DNA of 36,913 bases from an uncultured Candidatus Kuenenia sp. (GTDB taxonomy: Bacteria; Planctomycetota; Planctomycetia; Pirellulales; UBA1268): the NCBI GenBank assembly GCA_964640405.1, contig CAZXIG010000002.1, positions 1-36,913 of the forward strand. The letters run 5' to 3'. A model generated the notes under the pieces. It ran no database searches and had not been told where the DNA came from. It worked only from the letters and a program-made list of their open reading frames with translations. The position numbers were made by a program, and so were the translations under genes. Shown one piece after another: positions 7,514 through 14,992 of this stretch; positions within the stretch are counted from its first letter, which is position 1, and the number at the start of each line of letters is the position of its first letter.

Positions 7514-7749
7514 GAGGCTATTCCAAAGACATCGCTATTGTACGCGGAAAACAGTCTCAATCGCCGACAGCCCCCCGGCAGCCAGCCCGTCAGCCGATGA
7601 TCAAACCGTCACCATGTTGGAGTTCCTGAATGCCGACCGTTGGATAATGCTCGGAAAGGCGCCTCGCGGCTGGCGGCTCGTCACGCATGGGGAATGCTCG
7701 TCGCGAAGTTAAAAAAAGATTGCGCGATATCTCTCCAAGTGGACGATGG

Positions 7750-7761
7750 CCGAATATTCGG
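7750..7761. promoter_or_regulatory. 12-bp perfect palindrome upstream of the 1367-aa gene
   Basis: ccgaatattcgg, 22 nt upstream of the ATG at 7783. Confidence 0.15.
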
Positions 7762-7782
7762 TGATCGGACAAAATACGCTTC

Positions 7783-10700
7783 ATGCGTGGGATGTCTGTC
7801 ATGGTGCTCGCCCTTGCCGTGCTGGCTGGCCACGGGGTGTCGGTGATTCGGCTCGCTGCCGCCGCCGATGAGCCCGCCGCCAGAGCGGCGACTCTCTCTG
7901 CGCCTCCGGAACAGCGCGAGGTTTCCCTCGTCACGAAGCAACCGCTCGGTTTGCTGGCCGTGGCGGGGCGGCTGTCGATCGACCTGCACGCGGAGTTCAT
8001 GGTGTCGCGCACGTACGGCACCGAGATCGCCCTGAACTGGTACAACTGCGGCTATTCGGGAGGCGGCGGCGAGGGGGGACAAATCTCGAAAGTCGGCGGT
8101 CACTTCGGTGACTTCGGGTTTCACTTTCCCTACGAGGAACGCGACAAACGATACCCGCGCGCCGTGACAGTGGGGCACGTGCCAGCGGTGCGGTTCGACG
8201 GCAACGACCTCATGAAGGCCAACTTTCCCATCGAACCGGCCATCCTGGATTCGGGCCACATGGCCATCGAGGTCTGGTTTCGGGCGGAAAAGCCGGCGCA
8301 AGGTGAGGTGATCCTGGGCTGGCAGTCGCCGAACGGAAAAAACTCGTCGGCGCCGCTGGCGTATCCACCCCAGGTCACTGGTTCGCCGAAGTGGCGGCAC
8401 CTTGTCGTCAACTGCACGCCGACGCAGGAGGAGTGGTATCTCGACGGCGCCAAAGTCGCCGGCGGCAAACGGAAGCTGAAGGTCACCGCCGGGCACGTGA
8501 TGGTGCTCGGGGGTGCGTCGCAGAATGCACCGTCATTCAACGGCGATTTGGCCGCCGTCCGTCTCCACGACGGATCGATGACGGAGCGGGAGATCGTGCG
8601 AAACCACGAAGGCGGCGTCATGCTCGGCACCGAGATGCACAACTGGTGGCGTCTCGAGCCCGATCAATGGTGGGTCCAGGACTCCGAGCATTTCCGTCAT
8701 TGCGTCGAGAAGGAGAAGATGGCCACCTGGAACGAGCAACAGATGCAAGAGTTCGAGGCTCGCGTGCCCGGCATGTTCAAGCTGGCCGAACTTGCCTACC
8801 ACTGCTACTCCGAGCGTATGGCCCTGCGGACGTCCGTCGTCAGTTGCATTCCGGAGGAGCGTGGCGACGGGATCAAGTATCGAATCCCCATCCAGCCAAC
8901 CGATGGAGCCAACTTCATGGGGTTCGACGGCCATTTCGGCTGGTCGTGCCAGGGCCCCGGATTCATCAATCCGCACGAACTGGTCCACGGATTCGACGCG
9001 ATGACCGGCGGCATGGCCGGCGCGTTCTGGGAAACGCACGCCAACTTCCCGCAGACCTACATCGGCTTCTATCAGACGGAGCCGATCCTGACCTACGACA
9101 GCTGCCTGCATCCGTCCAACGGCCGGACGTACTACCACGACCGCGGCATGTTCGAGCATCTGGCGCAGACGCCCGAATACGGTCCGATGTTCATCTCGAA
9201 GCTCTGGTACGACGGCCCGACGAAACGCGAATACTCCGCCTATCCGTGGCAGACGTTCAACCGCATCAACCCGCACCCGGATCGCACGCTCGCCGACGAG
9301 TATACGCGGATGGCGATGCGGAACGTGACAATGGACTTCGTGATCCACAGGGACTACCTCGAGCACGAAAAAGGCAACACGCCCTACGGCTACGACGGGT
9401 GTGTGACGGATTTCAACCGCTATCGCGCGGCGATGGACGACCTGAAAACTGACGTCGCACAGACGATGCTCCGGCATGGCAGGGTGCTGCTCCGCGAGAT
9501 ACCGTACGAGCCGGGATGGTGGCGGGGGCCCAAGCAGCAGGCGCCGCAGCAATTGGGATGGAACATCTGCCCGCTGGCGTGTGCCCCGGGAACGGTGGGG
9601 GCCACGCTGGAGGGCTACGCCAACACCATCCGCGGGGCCGACTGGCGGGCTGGATTCGTCGGTGTGAACGTCGATGAGAAACCGGTGTATGGCCGCGTTT
9701 TCACGCCCGGGGAACGGGTCACCTTCGACGTCGATGCGACCATCCGCGAACTCTATCTGGTGGTCTGCGCCGCGCCGACGAGGATCATGGCCATCGGGCC
9801 GGACTACCGGTCGTTCGACCAGGCACAATTCCCATGGAAGGTGAAGCTCGAAGGGTGCCGGCCGTTGGATGTCGTGGTGGCGGGCCGGCCGCCAGCGTCC
9901 GGGGCTCCGCATCCAAACGGCGGCGGGCTCGTGGCCCCGACGGCGACAGTCGCGCCCACCGCGTACGTCGGCCCGAACGCCCGCGTGCTCGGATCCGCGA
10001 AGGTCCTCGGCCGGGCACGAATCGAGGATCACGCGGTCGTGATGGATGCCACCGTGCAGGACGAGGCGGTCGTGTCGGACCACGCCTTGGTCTACGAAGA
10101 GGCGACGATCGCCGAGAGAGCCCGTGTGCGCGGCTTTGCCGTCGTCCAGAAGGGAACCACAATTCGTGGCAACGCCAAGATTCTCGAGCACGCGAGAATG
10201 ATCGCCGAGCGGAAGACCTGCTCGGACAACGTGACCGTGAAGGGGGGCGCCGTCTGCTACGGCGGTGACCAGAGCGGGACGGCGATGATCGACGGCTTCT
10301 ATGCGAAGGGCAATGAAATCACCAAGGGGCGTTGGTTCACATGGAGCTGGGGCGTGGGAAAGAATCCCGGAGAGGACGACAAGGACTTCGGCGGGCTCTA
10401 CGCCGACTACGACTTCAACACGCCGCACGACTCATTGGCCCTCGACGCCTTCGGGGCGACGTGGGGCTACCTCGTCAATGGCGCGCAGATCGAGATGCAG
10501 AGGGACCGTGACCATGGCCCGAAATGGGAAGACGCCGTGATCCCGGCGATCGAGCTCGAGTGGCCGCCCAGCTCCGATGGCTCCGAAAATCAAGACAAGA
10601 TCGTCGAGCAGATGGTCGGCTACATCACGCCGCCCGCGAGCGGCGAGTACACGTTTTGGATCGCAGCCGACGGGCAGTGCGAGGTGCTGCTCGGCGAGGC

Positions 10701-11886
10701 CAACGCCGAGGTCGCTGACACGCTCATCGGGCCGCGGCTGACGAAAGGCACGCCGCCGAAGAAATTCGACGTCCACCCCGAGCAAAAGCTCGGTTGCGTC
10801 GCGCTGCGCAAAGGCGGCACCTATCCGATCATGGTGCTGCACGCGGGCAATCAACGCGGTGGCCACGTGTCGGTGGCGTGGAGTGGGCCTGGCGCGGATC
10901 AACCGCAGGTGATCGGCGGCCCGTTGTTATCGCTCGGGCCGAAGCGGAAAGTGCCGGGCATCCGCCGACGGCTCTGGCCCGGGAAAGACTCGATCGACCG
11001 CGTGCTCGACGACCGCGACTACTCGCCCGACCTCCGTCCCGAAACGGTCTACGACGGGGCGGTGCGGCTCGATGGCACGAGCCAGTTCGTCGAACTCCAG
11101 CCCGATGTCGCCGACATGCTGAACTGTACGTACACCGCCGAGGTGAACTGGGACGGAGCGTCGGAGGAGGCGCACATCTTCGAATTCAGCAATCCGAACG
11201 GCGACGCCATCGGGCTCTTCCCGGCGAAGAACGGGCAACTCGTCTTTGCCATGCGGCAAGGCAAGCGGCTCGAAACGCTCTCGGGCGCACCGCTGAAGAA
11301 GAATGTATGGACCACGGTGCAGGTCGTGCTGGACGGCTCAAATGCGACGCTGTACGTGGACGGCGTCAAAATCGCGACAAATAACAGCGTGTCCATCCGC
11401 CCGCACGAGATTCGCGCCACGCAGTGCTATCTCGGCCGCGGGGCAAAGAACGGCCATTTCGGCGGACTGATCGGCCGTTTCACTGTGCATTCGGTGCCGG
11501 TGGGCCGCGTGAGCCTGCCGGCGGTCTGTCTGTCGCCCTGGGACGAGGTCGAACTCTCGACGATTCGCGGGATCATTGCCTCCGAAAACCTGCCGACCCT
11601 CAACACGAAGGGGCTGTTCGTGCAGAGAGTGAGCGGCGAGGGATCCACCCTGCCCCTCAAGCGAAATGACGTGATTATCAAGCTCGGGAAGGTAACGATC
11701 GGGAATGCGAAAACCGCCGCCGAAGCACTCGATGCCCTCGCTGGTATGACCGAGGTGGAAGCGACGGTGATGCGGCTGGAGGCCGAGCCGCTGAAGCCGC
11801 CGCGCTGGAAGAAGCGGGTCGTGAGAGTTCCGCTCGTTGTGACCTCTGCCGAGGACCCGGCCGCTGCCGCAGCCGACTCGCCGTAG
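7783..11886 (+). CDS. Large secreted multidomain protein: LamG-like / HExxH metallopeptidase-like / left-handed beta-helix / PA14-like / LamG-like / PDZ-like
   Basis: Signal peptide MRGMSVMVLALAVLAGHGVSVIRLAAAA. LamG-type ending GDLAAVRLHDGSMTEREI. HELVH at 8974-8988, followed by WETHANFPQ. Hexapeptide-like run VGPNARVLGSAKVLGRARIEDHAVVMDATVQDEAVVSDHALVYEEATIAERARV (~9960-10270). PA14-like GYITPPASGEYTFWIAADGQCEVLLG...HVSVAWSGPG (~10615-10900). Second LamG (~11050-11500). C-terminal GLFVQRVSGEGSTLPLKRNDVIIKLGKVTIGN is PDZ-like. Confidence 0.85.
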   Translation: MRGMSVMVLALAVLAGHGVSVIRLAAAADEPAARAATLSAPPEQREVSLVTKQPLGLLAVAGRLSIDLHAEFMVSRTYGTEIALNWYNCGYSGGGGEGGQISKVGGHFGDFGFHFPYEERDKRYPRAVTVGHVPAVRFDGNDLMKANFPIEPAILDSGHMAIEVWFRAEKPAQGEVILGWQSPNGKNSSAPLAYPPQVTGSPKWRHLVVNCTPTQEEWYLDGAKVAGGKRKLKVTAGHVMVLGGASQNAPSFNGDLAAVRLHDGSMTEREIVRNHEGGVMLGTEMHNWWRLEPDQWWVQDSEHFRHCVEKEKMATWNEQQMQEFEARVPGMFKLAELAYHCYSERMALRTSVVSCIPEERGDGIKYRIPIQPTDGANFMGFDGHFGWSCQGPGFINPHELVHGFDAMTGGMAGAFWETHANFPQTYIGFYQTEPILTYDSCLHPSNGRTYYHDRGMFEHLAQTPEYGPMFISKLWYDGPTKREYSAYPWQTFNRINPHPDRTLADEYTRMAMRNVTMDFVIHRDYLEHEKGNTPYGYDGCVTDFNRYRAAMDDLKTDVAQTMLRHGRVLLREIPYEPGWWRGPKQQAPQQLGWNICPLACAPGTVGATLEGYANTIRGADWRAGFVGVNVDEKPVYGRVFTPGERVTFDVDATIRELYLVVCAAPTRIMAIGPDYRSFDQAQFPWKVKLEGCRPLDVVVAGRPPASGAPHPNGGGLVAPTATVAPTAYVGPNARVLGSAKVLGRARIEDHAVVMDATVQDEAVVSDHALVYEEATIAERARVRGFAVVQKGTTIRGNAKILEHARMIAERKTCSDNVTVKGGAVCYGGDQSGTAMIDGFYAKGNEITKGRWFTWSWGVGKNPGEDDKDFGGLYADYDFNTPHDSLALDAFGATWGYLVNGAQIEMQRDRDHGPKWEDAVIPAIELEWPPSSDGSENQDKIVEQMVGYITPPASGEYTFWIAADGQCEVLLGEANAEVADTLIGPRLTKGTPPKKFDVHPEQKLGCVALRKGGTYPIMVLHAGNQRGGHVSVAWSGPGADQPQVIGGPLLSLGPKRKVPGIRRRLWPGKDSIDRVLDDRDYSPDLRPETVYDGAVRLDGTSQFVELQPDVADMLNCTYTAEVNWDGASEEAHIFEFSNPNGDAIGLFPAKNGQLVFAMRQGKRLETLSGAPLKKNVWTTVQVVLDGSNATLYVDGVKIATNNSVSIRPHEIRATQCYLGRGAKNGHFGGLIGRFTVHSVPVGRVSLPAVCLSPWDEVELSTIRGIIASENLPTLNTKGLFVQRVSGEGSTLPLKRNDVIIKLGKVTIGNAKTAAEALDALAGMTEVEATVMRLEAEPLKPPRWKKRVVRVPLVVTSAEDPAAAAADSP

Positions 11887-11896
11887 CCTCCGCAAG

Positions 11897-11922
11897 GACA
11901 CGGCGGGAGCGTCTGCCGTGTC
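11897..11922. terminator. Stem-loop between the convergent 1367-aa gene and the galK relic
   Basis: gacacggc gggagcgtct gccgtgtc gives a perfect 8-bp stem with a 10-nt loop. It starts 11 nt after the stop at 11886 and has no U-tract. Confidence 0.3.
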
Positions 11923-11923
11923 G

Positions 11924-12861
11924 TCAGCTGAGCGGCCTGACGAACGGACCGTCCGCGGCTCGGGTCGTGAAGATAGCCGGATCGATGCTCGTCGCCCGCT
12001 GGTATCCCGCCCGGATCGCGGCGATCGCTTCACACGCCCGGGCATTCTTCGCGAGCGCCACGACGCTGCCACCGAACCCGCCGCCGGTCATGCGGCAGCC
12101 TATGACGCCTGGCAATTCCGCCGCGATCCGGACGATCGCGTCGAGTTCCGGGCAGGAGACCTCGTAGTCGGTCGCGAGAGACGCGTGGCTCTCCAGCATC
12201 AGCCTTCCAGCGGCTTGCCAATCACCGCGCTCGAGGGCATCGACGAACGCCAACACCCGCTCGTTCTCCGCGATCACATGCCTGGCCCGCCGTTTGCAGA
12301 CATCTGGCAGCGACGCGGCGGCCGACTCAAGCTGTTCCCTGCTTGCGTCGCGAAGCGACGGTACGCACAGGCTGGCTGCTGCCAACGCACACTCACGCCT
12401 GCGAAAGTGTGTTCGGCGCGCTGGCAGAGCAGGGCTTTGTCGCTGGTGGGAAGCGAGCGGCCGCAGAGCGTCTCGACGACGGTTGCGACGGCCATTTCCA
12501 ACGCGGCCGAACTGCTCAGTCCGCCTCCGGCGGGCAGATCGGTGGTGATCGCGGCGTCGAATCCCGGGATCGCGAAGCCAAGGGTTTGATAGCCGGCGAT
12601 TACACCCGCCGCGTATTCGGCCCAGCCGCGGCCGGCTGGCGCGAGCTGAGAAGCGAGGTCGAGCTCGGCCCTTGAGACGATGCCCGCACGCTCACTTGTG
12701 ATCACGGCAGAGCGGTCGGGGCGCCTTGTGACGCGGACGCGAATGGCGCGGTCGATGGCCATCGGCAGCACGCAGCCGTCGTTGTAATCGGTGTGTTCGC
12801 CGATCAGATTGACGCGGCCGGGGGCCGTGACCTCGAACGAATCGAACGGTTGGTTTCGCAT
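11924..12861 (-). pseudogene. galK: Galactokinase pseudogene (internal deletion of ~60-65 codons plus frameshift)
   Basis: N-terminal ORF (12274-12861) carries GRVNLIGEHTDYNDG and the GHMP motif PAGGGLSSSAALEMA. It loses similarity after CQRAEHTFAGV (~12394). C-terminal ORF (11924-12385, different frame) starts matching at VPSLRDA...RRARHVIAENERV...SHASLATDYEVSCPELD...RMTGGGFGGSVVAL. The GIMDQ-to-SEYN segment of GalK is absent. Confidence 0.85.
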
Positions 12862-12927
12862 GATCGGTCAAGCTCGAGGGGCTGCCGGCCAGCAAGCTGC
12901 TCGTCCATGAAGTCTATTCTCCAGCTC

Positions 12928-13046
12928 TCATTGGTCTGCCCGACGGACCTTGCCCGGGAGCACGAGCCATTCGTCCATCTCGACCCAATGCTTTTCATAG
13001 ACGCCACGGGGTGTCGTGCCATGCTTGGCCGCCACGCTCGCCGCTG
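12928..13046 (-). pseudogene. 3'-terminal relic of an FAD-dependent oxidoreductase paralogue
   Basis: Minus-strand frame reads AASVAAKHGTTPRGVYEKHWVEMDEWLVLPGKVRRADQ-stop. The gene at 17499-20027 reads AASVAAKHGTTPRGVYEKHWAELDELLKLPGQ at the matching position. No homology upstream of 13046. Confidence 0.75.
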
Positions 13047-13370
13047 CCGCTGCCCGAGGCGGCGGTGGCCAGGCCGCCCGGAGCAGCGCCGAGGGACACG
13101 TTGCCGTTGTTCATCAGTCCCCCGGCAACTCCAGCGAACCGACTCCAGCCCGCCCCAGCACCAGAGGGCTGACCCGGGAGCCGCCGACGATCACAGGCCG
13201 CTACGACCGCCACCATTCCAAAGTCGAAACGAGTCTGGTGACGGTGGAGCATGGGCATGGCCGTGCGAGCAAAGGCCCCCGAAACACGCCGCGAATGTTG
13301 GCCAACGCGTCGGCTCCGGCCAGATTCAGCGGAAAAGTTCTTGACTGGCCGCTGAAGGCCGGTCGCACGG

Positions 13371-14795
13371 TCAGGCGAACACAGCCTCGACCGGTTTCCC
13401 CTTGCCGTCCTCGGTGGCGTAGAAGGGGCGGCCCTCGATCTCGTAGACCGTCTTCGGGCTGATCCCCATCGCCGTGAAGAGGGTGGCGTGGAGATCGGTG
13501 ATCGTCACCGGATTCTCGACCGCCAGGCAGGGCCGCTCGTCGGCCGTCTTGCCGTAGACGAGCCCCCGCTGCATGCCGCCGCCGAACATCACGACCGTCG
13601 AGCCGCCGGTGAAGTGCCGGTGCTGGCCGTAGTGATTGGGCTTCTGCAAAAAATCCTTGGGCGAAGTCGCCTGGTCGCCCGCATCGGCCCCGCCCGGCCT
13701 GCCCTCGATGATCATGTCGCGGCTGAACTCACTGGCGATCACCACGAGCGTGCGGTCGAGCAGACCGCGGGACTCCAGATCGCGAATCAGCGTGGCGATC
13801 GGACGGTCGATCTCCTTGTGGAGCTTCGCGACCGTATCGTGGCCGTTGTCGTGGGTGTCCCAGTGGACGAACGGGATGTATTCCGTCGTCACCTCCACGT
13901 AGCGTGCACCGTTCTCCACCAGCCGGCGAGCCAGGAGACAGCCGCGGCCGAACCTGCCGGTGTCGTACTGCTCCTGCACCTCCTTCGGCTCGAGCGTGAT
14001 GTCGAAGGCCTCCCGTTCCTTGGCCCCGAGCAGTCGGTGGGCGTTTTCCAGGCTCCGCAGCATCGACTCCTGGTGGTAGTCGCTCGTGAACTCGGCCGCG
14101 GGCGAGGCCTTGAGCAGCTTCTTGTAGCTCGCATACCGGCTGCCGAACCGGCCCGGCTCCATCCCCTTCGGCGGCCGCACGGCGAGGGCCGCCTGCTCGG
14201 GGTAGGGCAGGTTCATCGGGCCGAACTCGCTGCCGAAGAAGCCGGCCGTCGTGAAGGCCTTGATCTCCTCGTTCTCGCCGATTCCCTCCAGCCGCTGGCC
14301 GATGTTGACGAACGCCGGCATCACGGGATTCCGCGGCCCGAGCACGCGGCTCATCCAGGCGCCGATGTGCGGACAGGCAACCGTCTGCGGCGGCACGTAG
14401 CCCGTATGCCAGTGATATTGATGCCGCGAGTGGAGAATCGCGCCCAGGTCGGCCTGCACGTGCGACCGGATCAGCGTGGCCCGGTCGAGCACCTGCGCGA
14501 TCTCGGGGAGCCCATCCACGATGCGGCAGCCATCGAGGGCCGTGGGGATCGACGGGAACGTGCTGATCACGTCGGCCACTGCGAGCCCCGGCTCGAACGG
14601 CTTGTATTTCTTGGGGTCGAACGTATCGGGGGCCGCCATGCCGCCTGCCATCCAGAGCACGATCATCGCGTCGGCCTTCGGAGCGGGGTGGACGATCGTC
14701 GCGGCGGTGCTCGCGCGGGCCCGGGGCTCGGGCAGGGCGAGGGTCGTTGTGGCGGCGGCGGCGAGGCTCTTGAGATAGTCGCGTCGGGTCAGCAT
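13371..14795 (-). CDS. DUF1501 family protein (sulfatase-fold), Tat-exported
   Basis: Start at MLTRRDYLKSLAAAATTTLALPEPRARA (twin-arginine motif). ATG at 14795 is preceded by aggag (revcomp of 14803-14807). FVHWDTHDNGH and IASEFSRD are typical of DUF1501. The 590-aa ORF-track version extends upstream through non-coding-looking sequence. Confidence 0.88.
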   Translation of the reverse strand: MLTRRDYLKSLAAAATTTLALPEPRARASTAATIVHPAPKADAMIVLWMAGGMAAPDTFDPKKYKPFEPGLAVADVISTFPSIPTALDGCRIVDGLPEIAQVLDRATLIRSHVQADLGAILHSRHQYHWHTGYVPPQTVACPHIGAWMSRVLGPRNPVMPAFVNIGQRLEGIGENEEIKAFTTAGFFGSEFGPMNLPYPEQAALAVRPPKGMEPGRFGSRYASYKKLLKASPAAEFTSDYHQESMLRSLENAHRLLGAKEREAFDITLEPKEVQEQYDTGRFGRGCLLARRLVENGARYVEVTTEYIPFVHWDTHDNGHDTVAKLHKEIDRPIATLIRDLESRGLLDRTLVVIASEFSRDMIIEGRPGGADAGDQATSPKDFLQKPNHYGQHRHFTGGSTVVMFGGGMQRGLVYGKTADERPCLAVENPVTITDLHATLFTAMGISPKTVYEIEGRPFYATEDGKGKPVEAVFA

Positions 14796-14992
14796 GGGGT
14801 TTCTCCTAAGGGAGATGCGAAACCGTATGTCGTGTGGTTTTGGACGAAAGCCCGAGGCGTAAGCCGAGAGGTGAGTGGGCGTGGTGGCAGCGAGGAGTGG
14901 CAAGGAGAGAGAGGCGGGGACGGTGCGTCGCGCTGACTCGCGGGACTTCGTCTCGTGCCTCTTCGGCTCACACCTTGGGCTTTCATGGGCGG

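Noticed and set aside
13325-13356. Inverted repeat ttcagcgg...ccgctgaa downstream of DUF1501 as a terminator
   Set aside because: The 8-bp stem has a 16-nt loop and no U-tract, so it is thermodynamically weak and could be chance in GC-rich DNA.
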